This document shows positions 1 through 12,947 of a stretch of DNA of 64,000 bases, piece by piece. Source of the DNA: Eledone cirrhosa (Eukaryota). Where the stretch lies: the NCBI GenBank assembly GCA_964016885.1, contig OZ024743.1, positions 265,174,001 through 265,238,000 of the forward strand, given 5' to 3'. Below the pieces are notes generated by a model. The model was given only the letters and a program-made list of their open reading frames with translations. It did no database searches and was not told the origin of the DNA. Positions within the stretch are counted from its first letter, which is position 1, and each line of letters starts with the position of its first letter. Made by a program: the position numbers and the translations under genes.

Positions 1-760
1 TGAAGGGCTCCTTATATCAGCTGCAGCATCGTGAACATTCATTCTTGGATCTTGAAGTCTCTTTTGAACCCGGTCAATTTGTGAGAGAATCGTGTTCCAG
101 AATCCAATCAAGTTCAGGAATTCATAACTCAGTATCCGATTGTGGAGATTACTGGCATCACTTCTACTCTCGCATGTCTCTGTTTCATCATCACTAATTC
201 TTTCGAGAACTTGAACAATCAGTCAAATAATTCGCCACCGGTCTGACTGCGGTACATCTAGCACTCCACCGCGTGTCGGAAGGATATTTAACAACCACTG
301 GAGCAACTTCTTTAAGGGCTTCCCATCATCGTGTTGAACGAGTAAAAAAGTTGTATAACGAGTCAATGCAACTGAAAAAGTTCGTTTTGGGCTGCATAAG
401 ACCAGCCAGATTAAGTGAAGGGTTATTGCAATTAACGAAGTGAATCAAATTCTTCTTCTCTCTCATTCTCTGCTGAACCCCACTGCGGTGCCCAGCCATT
501 ATGGCAGCACTGTCACAGCACTGCGATCGACGATTATACAGTGATAAGTAATCTTTTTCTAGCTCTTTCACGATTGTCTCAACAAGGCTTGCGGCATTTT
601 TTTTGATTACTTGAATGAATCCAAGAAAAGATTCCCTCACAACGACCGTCTTCATATTGAAATCAACATCGACATATCGGAAACTTTTGACAGTTGTGCT
701 CGGTGCGCCTGGTCAGAGGTCGAATCAATCAGCAGACCATAGTATCTTGCTTTTTGGATA
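1..760 (-). pseudogene. hAT transposase fragment (ZMYM1/DUF4371-like), frameshifted with stops
   Basis: Minus-strand translation gives YYGLLIDSTSDQAHRAQLS(fs)RYVD, RESFLGF, RSQCCDSAAIMAG..SGVQ, FVNCNNPSLNL, SDTRWSAR and YEFL..FW..IL..I..V.K.LQ, the canonical hAT motif order. Confidence 0.85.
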
Positions 761-1388
761 CGATTTATTAAATTCTGACGAACTGTATTATAGGAGAAAA
801 CATTGAACCATCTAAACTGGAGTCAAATTGAATTCCTAATAGAAGCTATCCGATCCTATCTGGCCATTTGGATTGTGATACCTTTTCTATACGTCTTATG
901 TACCAGTTGTAAAAGACAAACTACTGTGTTTTGTAAACCAGCTTCATAATTATAACTATCTTGTATTGGTCACTGCAATGCATTGCTAAAAATAGCGCCT
1001 GCGTGTCCATCATTTGCACGTCCAAAACTACGTCCCTTCAGTCAGAGCGTGTGTTGGTGTGAGGGGTGTTGTGAGATCAAGTGAGGTATCCGCGGTTTTG
1101 CAATGTATAGGTAAAAATAGCGCCCGCATAATTGCAGCCCACCTTGCTGTTTGTCTGGAGAGGGGGCGGGTCGTTTTTGTGAAGTCAAATCAGACATCTG
1201 CTCTGCTTAGTGCACTAGACATGGCGTGGAAGTCGGCTATCAAGAAATCACATGCTTCATTTTTGGCTTATATTTTTAAAAATGATAAAACGACATGGAT
1301 GTAAATCGATCTAGGTCGAAATTGAGCCCCCCCCCCTAAATATGGCGCCCGTGGCATGTGCCATGCTTGCCACACCCTAGTAACTCCA

Positions 1389-1391
<3 letters not shown>
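1..1391 (-). mobile_element. hAT-superfamily DNA transposon, decayed, running off the left window edge
   Basis: Transposase motifs on the minus strand (next feature). GC-rich terminus reading CAGTGGAGTTACTAGGGTGTGGCAAGCATGGCACATGCCACGGGCGCC from 1391 on the minus strand, abutting a (TA)n tract. Confidence 0.8.
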
Positions 1392-1430
<39 letters not shown>

Positions 1431-1544
1431 ATCTATATATGTATATATATCTCTTTTATATATATATATATAACTTTCCAGGGATAACTTGAACCGTTAA
1501 GGTATATCATCCTTGGTCATGTCAAGTATTTATAAAACATTTTG

Positions 1545-1606
1545 TATTTTATCTGATGATAGGGTACCAACAATGTTGGTACCCTTGAAATATATATAAT
1601 AAAATA
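1545..1606 (+). ncRNA. Minimal type I hammerhead ribozyme (PLE-type), intact core
   Basis: TATTTTAT-CTGATGA-t[AGGGTACCAAC aat GTTGGTACCCT]t-GAAA-TATATA-TA-ATAAAATA. Stem I 8 bp, stem II 11 bp, palindromic stem III, predicted cut after 1598. Downstream sequence matches 58464-58500. Confidence 0.85.
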
Positions 1607-1724
1607 AATATGGTTTTATAAATATAGTTTTCCATTTATTTAATATTAATTGAATTATATATATATATTTGTGTGTGTGTGCCTGTGTGTGTGTGTGTAT
1701 ATATATATTGTATATATATATATA

Positions 1725-1795
1725 ATGTTATGCTTGGGGAGGGTCATATGGTTGTAATAATATTGCCAGAAATAATAACAGAACACACTCACTGT
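1725..1795 (-). repeat. Fragment of the PLE 3' repeat family also seen at 45789-47013 and 53277-53443
   Basis: TGTTATGCTTGGGGAGGGTCATATGGTTGTAATAATATTGCCAGAAATAATAACAGAACACACTCACTGTTTGG closely matches 45834-45904. Confidence 0.75.
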
Positions 1796-1813
1796 TTGGC
1801 TCAAAACGAATGT

Positions 1814-1851
<38 letters not shown>

Positions 1852-1927
1852 TATATTTATATATACAATATATATATATATACATACACACACACACTCA
1901 TACACACATACACACACACACACACAA

Positions 1928-1970
<43 letters not shown>

Positions 1971-2029
1971 TAATTCAATTGATATGAAACTCTTAATTGA
2001 ATTTTGTAAATATATATATATATATACAA

Positions 2030-2418
2030 AATTAAATTAAGGGTTTCATGTCCGAGCGACATGCGCCATATCTACTGAAGAATATACTCAAAGATTCCAA
2101 TGAATAGATCCAGGCATTTTATATCAACTACAAATTGATTGTATTTTTTTTTTAAAATGCAACACGTGCTACTAGTCATTCGTAAATTTGCATTTGCTGT
2201 GTAAATACAGATAGTTAAATCTTCTCCCTTGTTGAAAATACGGATTTGACTACTGTGATATATATTTCTTTAATGAAATATATACAAGGAAGATTAGTCA
2301 TTTTAAAAGGTATGTATATTTGAAGTTCTAGTTAAACTTTAATTAGTTCCCTACCTAGGTGTGTGTGCTTGCATACTTTACAAATTATTCCCTTTGATTG
2401 TTTCATATGTTTATTTTA
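2030..2418. repeat. Small repeat with an inverted part (2030-2141 vs 7998-8115) and a direct part (2296-2418 vs 8229-8349)
   Basis: By-eye alignment of both segments; both copies are bounded by TA tracts. Confidence 0.7.
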
Positions 2419-2485
2419 TATATATATATATATATATATATTACTTCAACATATTAATAAATATAGACATTCATGTGATCAAATA

Positions 2486-2551
2486 TATTTTATTATACAT
2501 ATTTCGGAGGTACTGAGCTATTTCATCAGTACGTCCTCATCAGATAAAATA
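2486..2551 (-). ncRNA. Type I hammerhead ribozyme, intact core
   Basis: Minus strand: TATTTTAT-CTGATGA-GGAcGTACTGA tgaaatagc TCAGTACcTCC-GAAA-TATGTA-TA-ATAAAATA. Confidence 0.85.
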
Positions 2552-3816
2552 GATAGATGTCTGACATACCTCAACTGTGCTGATGTTTCAATTCCAGTTT
2601 TGGCAGTGATTAGTTATGACAAAACTCAATATTTATATACCATATGTTGTAACATGTAAAACTACATATAATAAAGAGGGTACGTAGGAAAATGTATATA
2701 AAAATATATAATAATACATATAATAAGTATATATAAATAAGTATATATAAAGGCAAGTAATAAATATAAACATAAAACTACATAACTGTTAAACATTTAA
2801 ATAATAAAATATGTATACCTCCGTATTATAGAAGGAGTAAATGAGAGAGGGAGAGGGCTAACAGGAGGAGCGAGAGAAAAGGAAAGAGAGATGATAATAA
2901 AAACATAGAAAGGGAGATATGTATGGTAACATATAATTACATAAGAAGACGGAGAATCAAGGTGATGCGTGACCGTTTTTTTCAAATATTGATTTAATTA
3001 GAAATAATCAATTTGTTAAATAACTTGAAATTTTTCGACTATAATATTTGAGAGAACCTATATTATTGTATTATATCAAAATTACGAGAAATATAAAGTG
3101 AAAAAGATAATTTAACATAACTCCAAGTGTAATCATGAGTATATTTAAATTATTAAATATAGTCAATAATTTAGTTAAAAAGATTAAATTTAAATTTAAA
3201 AATGTCATTAACTAACCATAAAGCTTATAAATGTAGTAATTATGATATTATTAAACCAGATTTATTTAGATATAAGCATTTGTATAGTTCATATATAAAC
3301 TATAAGATTTAAATCGATATTTGTCAATTATATATAATATTAATTATTAGTTATACACTTAAGAATGTTATAGATTTGATTTAACTAGATTTTATTGTAT
3401 TCAAAATTATACATCAAGTTAAGTACAGATTATTAATCAAATTAGATAAAACGAAACTTGTATACGATAAATGTAAACAATATCCTCGTAAGACGTAAAC
3501 AAACATTTAAAGTAATTACACGGTTTACAAGTCTGAAGACGTTACAGGTATCAAATTTATAAGATACAAGATTTACAAAATACAAAATCAAAACTAAATG
3601 TATTCAAACAATCTAGATATTAACATACTCAATAAGAGAGCATGTAAACAATTTCTATGGTTAGGTAGAAACCTTATATCCAATATTAATAATAGCAATA
3701 ATAATAAAAAGCATTACAAGAATTATTAATCATAGTCAATATCATTTCACACTCGGAATTATTAATAAAAGTCGAAATCATTTCACGGTTAGACAATGTT
3801 TTTTCCGAATTTTATA

Positions 3817-4056
3817 TTATGCTTGGAATGTAGATGCAGATTTGTGCAGGCAGTTTGAGAATAATTCACTTTTTTTGTTAATTAAGTTACCATAATTAGC
3901 AATTATTAATAGAGTCTCGGTATCACAAAGATTGCAGTTAAGAAAAATAGAAGAATGTTGGTAGACTTGACAATTGCGAAGCTTGGACCAAAATATTGAG
4001 TATTTTTAATTTTTCTCTTTTAAAGACCATATTACTTGTGATAAAGAAGTAGAAAA
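3817..4056 (-). pseudogene. C-terminal part of a Naiad-like PLE GIY-YIG endonuclease
   Basis: FSTSLSQVIWSLKEKN*KYSIFWS...CNLCDTETLLII...LINKKSELFSNCLH matches the remembered T.LS..IW.LK..W..CxLC..E..I..LNK.SE...C.H pattern; one TAA stop. Confidence 0.75.
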
Positions 4057-4355
4057 CCAATATAATAATCTGTACTTAATGTATAGTTTTGAATACAGTA
4101 AAATCTAGTTAAATCAAATCTATAACACTCTTAAGTGTAATTATAACTAATAATTAATATTATATATAATTGACAAATATCTATTTAAATCTTATAGTTT
4201 ATATATGAACTATACAAATGCTTATATCTAAATAAATCTGGTTTAATAATATCACATTTACTACATTTATAAGCTTCATGGTTAGTTAATAACATTTTAA
4301 ATTTTAATTTTAATCTTTTTAACTAAATTATTGACTATATTTAATAATTTAAATA

Positions 4356-6830
4356 TTTAAAAAACCCGACAACCACCTGATCACCTATAGATCAGGGGAG
4401 CACTCTAGTCAGTTAGATTTTATCCTCATCAGAGGACGTGACAGATGGACGGTCGTAAACACAAAAGCCTTCCCTAGTGAGGAATGTACATCCCAACATA
4501 GCTTAGTTGTCAGCGACCTCACGGTCAGAACTAGACGAGCCCTGAAACAGAGGCCAACCTGGAGAAGAAAGATCTGGAAGCTGAAAGTCCCCTCAACCAG
4601 TAACAGATTTAAAGATATTTTACTCAACGCCTACGACAGTAAAGAAGAACAGATAGAGACATTTAACGTAGAAGAGAACTGGGAGTTCCTAAAAAATAAC
4701 TTACTAGAGGCGACGGATGAGGTTTGTGGCTGGAGTAAGACCTCAAGCAGGAGGAGAGTGACTTGGTGGTGGAACAATAAGGTAGATGAAGCAGTCAAGG
4801 CCAAGAGACAGGCATGGAAAGAATGGAAGAACGGGGGGAGCAGGGTACATTACATAGAGACCAAGAGGGAAGCTAGGCGACAAGTATACTTAGCTAGGAG
4901 GGAAGCAGAGGATAGAAAATTCAAGCATGTTTTACAACGTGAGGACCAGAAACAGGAGGTATTCAAGATTGCGAGGCAGTGTGTCAGAGATAGTTGTGAT
5001 GTCATTGGAGAGAAGTGTATCCGGAATGATAAAGGTGAGCTTGCCCTCACAAGTGCTGAGAAGAAAGATGCATGGAAGAGTCATTATGATAGATTACTAA
5101 ATGAGGAGAATGCATGGGAAGAAGAGACCCTACCCCACGTAGACCCTATAGAGGGACCAGCAGTACAAGTCAGCGGCAGCGTAGTAAGTAAGGCAATCAG
5201 AGATATGAAGATAGGGAAGGCAACCGGTCCATCGGGTATAGCTGCCGAGATGCTGAAGGCATCTGGGTCTGTAGGTCACACTATAACCACACGTATCGTT
5301 AACCAGGTAATACTAGAGGGGGCCATACCAAAAGATTGGTGCAGTAGCATCATTGTCAACTGCTACAAAGGTAAAGGCGATGCACTAGATAGAGGAAACT
5401 ATAGAGGTATAAAGTTGATGGACCAGGTCATGAAAGTAACAGAAAGAGTTATAGCACAGCTGATTAGGGACCGGGTGAATATAGACGAGATGCAATTTGG
5501 GTTTGTTCCAGGGAAAGGCACCACTGATGCGCTCTTCCTTGTGAGGCAATTACAGGAAAAGTACCTAGCTAAAAGTAAGCCACTCTACTTGGCATTTGTC
5601 GACCTTGAGAAAGCCTTTGACAGAGTTCCACGTGCAGTAATCTGGTGGGCTCTTAGAAAACTAGGAGTAGATGAATGGCTTGTGAAAGCGGTACAAGCCA
5701 TGTATAGGGGAGCAGTCAGCAAAGTTAGGATTGGCAATGAGTATAGCGAGGAATTTAGCGTACAGGTTGGGGTCCACCAGGGCTCTGTTCTTAGCCCTCT
5801 CCTGTTCATCATAGTCCTGCAGGCAATAACGGAGGAGTTTAAGACCGGATGCCCATGGGAACTCCTGTATGCTGATGACCTCGCACTCATAGCTGAATCT
5901 ATGGTAGAACTAGAGAATAAATTCCAAACCTGGAAGCAGGGACTAGAGAGAAAGGGCCTCAAAGTCAACATGACAAAGACTAAGGTCCTTATAAGTAGAC
6001 GAGAAAACAGAACCCAGATCCCCTCAGGGAAATGGCCTTGCTCAGTATGTAGGAAAGGTGTAGGTAGGAACTCCATTCTTTGCCCCAAATGCAAACAATG
6101 GGTACACAAGAGATGTAGCGGGATCTCAGGAAGCTTAATTAAGAATGTAGGATTCACATGCAGCAGCTGTGCTGAAACAGCAAGCAAACAGCCACAGGAA
6201 ACAAGTACCACCAATCTCTGGGAGGGCCCTGTAGAAACAGTAGACAGCTTCTGCTACCTAGGTGACCGAATTAGCAACGGAGGTGGGTGCTCAGAAAGTA
6301 CAATAACTAGGGTAAGAACGGGATGGAAGAAGTTTAGGGAACTACTACCACTGCTAGCTGCAAAAGGCTTCTCCCTCAGAATGAAAGGCAGACTGTATGA
6401 TGCGTGTATCCGAACAGCGATGTTGCATGGTAGTGAGACCTGGGCGCTGAAGGTGGAAGACTTACGTAGATTAGAGAGAAACGAAGCCTGCATGCTCCGA
6501 TGGATGTGTAACAGTAATATACGTGAACGGCAAAGCATAAATGAATTGAGAGAGAGACTGAGCATAAGAGGAATCAAATGCTGCGTGCAGGAGAGGCGGT
6601 TACGCTGGTATGGACATGTGATGCGTATGAAGGATGACAGCTGCATAAAAAGGTGCAGAGCACTAGAAGTTGATGGAAACCGCGGAGTGGGGAGACCCAA
6701 GATGACTTGGGATGAGGTGATAAAAGCCGACCTTACCCAACTACACCTCTCAAAGTCAATGACACACGACCGTGACTTCTGGCGTCACGCAGTAATACAG
6801 GGTACCCGACCTCCCATGGGTACATGCTGA
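4356..6830 (+). CDS. LINE ORF (no native start): APE endonuclease C-terminus, reverse transcriptase and internal PHD-like Zn finger
   Basis: The frame is open upstream of the called 4758 start (ITYRSGEHSSQLDFIL...SQHSLVVSD). RT motifs NYRGIKL, QFGF, FVDLEKAFDRV, GVHQGSVLSPLLF, YADD and FCYLG. Cys/His cluster CSVC...CPKC..WVHKRC...CSSC. Confidence 0.93.
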   Translation, partial: FKKPDNHLITYRSGEHSSQLDFILIRGRDRWTVVNTKAFPSEECTSQHSLVVSDLTVRTRRALKQRPTWRRKIWKLKVPSTSNRFKDILLNAYDSKEEQIETFNVEENWEFLKNNLLEATDEVCGWSKTSSRRRVTWWWNNKVDEAVKAKRQAWKEWKNGGSRVHYIETKREARRQVYLARREAEDRKFKHVLQREDQKQEVFKIARQCVRDSCDVIGEKCIRNDKGELALTSAEKKDAWKSHYDRLLNEENAWEEETLPHVDPIEGPAVQVSGSVVSKAIRDMKIGKATGPSGIAAEMLKASGSVGHTITTRIVNQVILEGAIPKDWCSSIIVNCYKGKGDALDRGNYRGIKLMDQVMKVTERVIAQLIRDRVNIDEMQFGFVPGKGTTDALFLVRQLQEKYLAKSKPLYLAFVDLEKAFDRVPRAVIWWALRKLGVDEWLVKAVQAMYRGAVSKVRIGNEYSEEFSVQVGVHQGSVLSPLLFIIVLQAITEEFKTGCPWELLYADDLALIAESMVELENKFQTWKQGLERKGLKVNMTKTKVLISRRENRTQIPSGKWPCSVCRKGVGRNSILCPKCKQWVHKRCSGISGSLIKNVGFTCSSCAETASKQPQETSTTNLWEGPVETVDSFCYLGDRISNGGGCSESTITRVRTGWKKFRELLPLLAAKGFSLRMKGRLYDACIRTAMLHGSETWALKVEDLRRLERNEACMLRWMCNSNIRERQSINELRERLSIRGIKCCVQERRLRWYGHVMRMKDDSCIKRCRALEVDGNRGVGRPKMTWDEVIKADLTQLHLSKSMTHDRDFWRHAVIQGTRPPMGTC

Positions 6831-7130
6831 AGCATATAAACAATATGCCCCCCCCCCCCACCGCAAGGTGGTCGTGGAGGTGCCACGGCAAAAAAGCACC
6901 CAGCCCACACTGTAAAGTGGACGTGTAGGCGCCACGAAAAAGCACCCAGCACTCACTGTAAATGAGGTTGGTGTTAGGAAGGGCATCCAGCTGTAGAAAT
7001 CAAGCCAGATCAGTTCCTGTATGAGCAAGGCATGGTCAGCCGACCAGACACTGCCCACAACAGGACAACCCGTCTAACCCATGCTAGCGTGGAAGAACGG
7101 ACGTAAAACGGTGATGATGATGATGATGAT
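4356..7130 (+). mobile_element. RTE-clade LINE, 5'-truncated, young
   Basis: Abrupt GC rise at 4357, open frame to 6830, ~300 nt 3' UTR ending in a (TGA)n tail at 7112-7130. The flanks rejoin into a continuous PLE arm. Confidence 0.95.
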
Positions 7131-7723
7131 ACTCTTGATTACCCTTGGAGTTATGTTAAATTATCTTTTTCGCTTTATATTTCTCTTAATTTTGATATAA
7201 TACAATAATATAGATACTTTCAAATATTTTAGTCGAAAAATTTCAAGTTATTTAACTAATTGATTATTTCTAATTATATTAATATTTGAAAAAAAACGGT
7301 CACGCATTATATACCTTGATTCTCCTACTCCATATGTAATTATATGTTACCATACATATCTCCCTTTCTTTGTTTTTACTATCATGTCTCCTTCCTTTTC
7401 TCTCTCTCCTCCTGTTAGCCCTCTCCCTCTATCATTTACTCCTTCTATAATACGGAGGTATAGATATTTTATGATTTACATTTTTAACAGTTATGTAGTT
7501 TTATGTTTATATTTATTACTTGCCTTTATATATACTTATTTATATATACTTATTATATATATTATTATATATTTTTATACACATTTTCCTACGTACCCTC
7601 TTTATTATATGTAGTTTTTCATGTTACAACTTATGGTATATAAATATTGAGTTTTGTCATAACTAATCACTGCCAAACTGGAATTGAACCATCAGCACAA
7701 TTGAGGTATGTCAGACAACAATC

Positions 7724-7792
7724 TATGTTATCTGATGAGGACGTACTGATGAAATAGCTCTGAAAAACCTCTGACATATATATGATAAAATA
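7724..7792 (+). ncRNA. Degenerate hammerhead, inverted partner of 2486-2551
   Basis: CTGATGA is intact, but GAAA has become GACA, the cleavage UA has become UG, and stem II is disrupted; likely inactive. Confidence 0.65.
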
Positions 7793-7939
7793 TATTTGAT
7801 CACATGAATGTCTATATTTATTTATATATTGAAGTAATATTAATAACTCCAGAAAACCTGTCTATTGTGTGCTTCTAATATATTGTAAAACTTTATACAT
7901 TGATTAAGCAATGAACCTTGTTTAACTTTTGAACATATG

Positions 7940-8001
<62 letters not shown>

Positions 8002-8404
8002 AATCTATTTCTAGTTGATATAAAATGCTCTGAGCTATTCATTGGAATCTTTGAGCATATTCAACAGTGAATATGGCGCATGTCTCTCGGACATGACAAC
8101 CTAAATTTAATTTCGGATATATATACGGTCCCTTAATTGTAGAGCTAACTCAGTTGAAAGGATTCAGCTGCTTATTCTAGCTGTCGATAATCCTATTCAC
8201 GCCAGTGGTATGACGCTGGTACGATTAATCATTTTAAAAGGTATCTATATTTGAAGTTCTAGTTAAAATTTAATTAGTTACCCAACTAGCTGTGTATGCT
8301 TGCACACTTTACAAATTATTCTCAGTGATTGTTTCATATGTTTATTTTAGATATATATATATATGTCAATCAATTTCTAGTTGATATATATAATATATAT
8401 AATA

Positions 8405-8461
<57 letters not shown>

Positions 8462-8465
<4 letters not shown>

Positions 8466-10040
8466 ATAAATGGGGAGAAAATACTGCTGGTAGCACATGG
8501 ATAACATGTAATAAAATAAGTCCCTCATCAGTGATTTGCCGACGATCATAGATATTTCATTGCATTAAAAATCATATACCTCACGTCGGTGCAATAATAA
8601 CTAAATTAAGTTATTAGGACAATTAAAACGCGTAAAGCGAGTGAGACAAGATAACAACAAAGAGTAGAGCTAACCGTAGAAGGAGGGAATCAAGCTTCAT
8701 AGTTATTCTGTTAGCATAAGCTAGGTGAATATATGAGCGCTTAGAAAAAAGACCTTTCGCGAACGAAATGCAATGTGAGAAAGAGAGAATTTGCTTTCGT
8801 CGCGAACGGGGTGAAGTGAGGAGAGGAGAAACAGTGAGTGAGTGAGTGGAAGTGTGAGGAAGAGTTAACTGACATGACAGATGGGGCGAAAGAAAGTAGG
8901 AGAAACAGAGAGAATGAGGGAGCAGTAAGAGAGAGAGAGAGAAAAAAACAGAATCGCAGTTTAGGTAAATATATGTGATAAAATGGGGAGAAAAATACTG
9001 CTGGTAGCACATGGATAACATGTAATAAAATAAGTCCCTCATCAGTGATTTGCCGACGATCATAGATATTTCATTGCATTAAAAATCATATACCTCACGT
9101 TGGTGCAATAATAACTAAATTACGTTATTAGGACAATTAAAACGCGTAAAGCGAGTGAGACAAGATAACAACAAAGAGTAGAGCTAACCGTAGAAGGAAG
9201 GAAACAAGCTTCATAGTTATTCTGTTAGCATAAGTTAGGTGAAGATATGAGCGCTTAGAAAAAAGACCTTTCGCGAACGAATGCAATGTGAGAAAGAGAG
9301 AAATTGCTTTCGTCGCGAACGGGGTGAAGTGAGGAGAGGAGAAGCAGTGAGTGAGTGAGTGGAAGTGTGAGGAAGAGTTAAATGACATGACAGAGGGGGC
9401 GAAAGAAAGTAGGAGAAACAGAGAGAATGTGGGAGCAGTAAGAGAGAGAGAGAGAGAAAAAAACAGAATCGCAGTTTAGGTAAATATATGTGATAAAATA
9501 GGGAGAAAAATACTGCGGGTTAGCACATGGATAACATGTAATAAAATAAGTCCTCATCAGTGATTTGCCGACGATCATAGATATTTCATTGCATCAAAAA
9601 TCATATACCTCACATCGGTGCAATAATAACTAAATTAAGTTATTAGGACAATTAAAACGCGTAAAGCGAGTGAGACAAGATAACAACAAAGAGTAGAGTT
9701 AACCGTAGAAGGAAGGAAACAAGCTTCATAGTTATTCTGTTAGCATAATTTAGGTGAATATATGAGCGCTTAGAAAAAAGACCTTTCGCGAACGAATGCA
9801 ACGTGAGAAAGAGAGAAATTGCTTTCGTCGCGAACGGGGTGAAGTGAGGACAGGAGAAACAGTGAGTGAGTGAGTGGAAGTGTGAGGAAGAGTTAACTGA
9901 CATGACAGAGGGGGCGAAAGAAAGTAGGAGAAACAGAGAGAATGAGGGAGCAGTAAGAGAGAGAGAGAGAGAAAAAACAGAATCGCAGTTTAGGTAAATA
10001 TATGTGATAAAATGGGGAGAAAAATACCGATGGTAGCACA
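8462..10040 (-). repeat. Tandem array of three ~514 bp units plus a 38 bp partial unit, probably a PLE pseudo-LTR or retrozyme-like element
   Basis: Unit starts (TGTGATAAA) at 8462, 8974, 9489 and 10003. A solo truncated inverted copy lies at 54932-55240. The left flank is (TA)n. Confidence 0.9.
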
Positions 10041-10120
10041 TATTTGTTTTTGAAATGCGCATAATAAAATACATGGAACTCTTTTAACCATCTTTTGATC
10101 TTATATTATAATATATATAT

Positions 10121-10215
<95 letters not shown>

Positions 10216-10314
10216 TATAATATATATATAATATATATATATATATAATATATATATTATATATATATATAATATACATATTATATATATATATATATAA
10301 TATATATATATATA

Positions 10315-10393
<79 letters not shown>

Positions 10394-10395
<2 letters not shown>

Positions 10396-10879
10396 ATAAT
10401 ATAAGATCAAAAGATAGTTAAAAGAGTTCCATGTATTTTATTATGCGCATTTCAAAAACAAATATCATCATGAGATGACATTTGCGTTTTCGTCATATAA
10501 AATAGGGAGACATGATATGAAGGTTAAAAAACATTTGTCAATAGTGCAGTTTTAAATCAACATATGTTGATTTAAATATATGTTGATTTAAATATATATT
10601 GATTTAAACATATGTTGATTTAAATATATGTTGATTTGAAACTGCACTATTCACAAGTGTTTTTTAACCTTCATATCATGTCTCACCATTTTATCTGACG
10701 AAAGCGCAAATGTCATCTCATGATCATATATGTTTTTGAAATGCGCATAATAAAATACATGGAACTCTTTTAACCATCTTTTGATCTTATATTATATATA
10801 CTCCAGTCCTACAAACTGTAGAGTGCTACTTATCCGATATCTGCATTGCTTTATTGTATTACAATAAACCTCACCTCCT
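10394..10879. mobile_element. Fold-back mini-element with HHR, 16 bp repeats at the apex and an ~80 nt tail
   Basis: Arms 10394-10562 and 10629-10797 are inverted. Apex palindrome AAATCAACATATGTTGATTT followed by repeated GATTTAAATATATGTT. Further copies at 10041-10110 and 12845-13035. Confidence 0.85.
10688..10756 (+). ncRNA. Type I hammerhead ribozyme, intact core
   Basis: ATTTTAT-CTGACGA-[long imperfect stem II]-GAAA-TGCGCA-TA-ATAAAAT with palindromic stem III. The inverted copy at 10434-10504 has C3 mutated to A. Confidence 0.8.
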
Positions 10880-12846
<1,967 letters not shown>

Positions 12847-12876
12847 AGATCAAAAGATTGTTAAAAGAGTTCCATG

Positions 12877-12947
12877 TATTTTATTATGCGCATTTCAAAA
12901 ACAAATATGATCATGAGATGATATTTGCGTTTTCGTCAGATAAAATA
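12877..12947 (-). ncRNA. Type I hammerhead ribozyme, intact core, same family as 10688
   Basis: Minus strand: TATTTTAT-CTGACGA-AAACGCAAATATCAT ctc ATGATCATATTTGTTTTT-GAAA-TGCGCA-TA-ATAAAATA. Confidence 0.82.

Larger units (their letters stand above)
2440..7934. mobile_element. Naiad-like Penelope element fold-back with ~1 kb inverted arms (2440-3435 vs 4063-4355 plus 7131-7838); right arm split by an RTE LINE
   Basis: Arms are reverse complements, for example GGTACGTAGGAAAATG at 2679 vs CATTTTCCTACGTACC at 7582. Each arm has an HHR, the spacer holds a GIY-YIG C-terminus, and only the right arm has a ~95 nt tail. Confidence 0.85.

Noticed and set aside
3990-4020. In-frame stop in the GIY-YIG remnant as a selenocysteine codon
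   Set aside because: The stop is TAA, not TGA, and is not at a Cys position.
5585-6700. Antisense ORFs of 209 and 148 aa
   Set aside because: Shadow frames of the LINE RT with no independent motifs.
8535-8595. SECIS-like reading (GTGA...AA...GA closed by CCGACG/CGTCGG) on the minus strand
   Set aside because: Helix II pairs poorly, spacing is off, and there is no linked TGA-containing ORF.
8462-10040. Possible CRISPR array or repeated membrane-protein genes (ORFs 8623, 9137, 9652)
   Set aside because: Whole units repeat with no unique spacers, there are no cas genes, and the context is eukaryotic. The hydrophobic ORFs come from CT-rich sequence.
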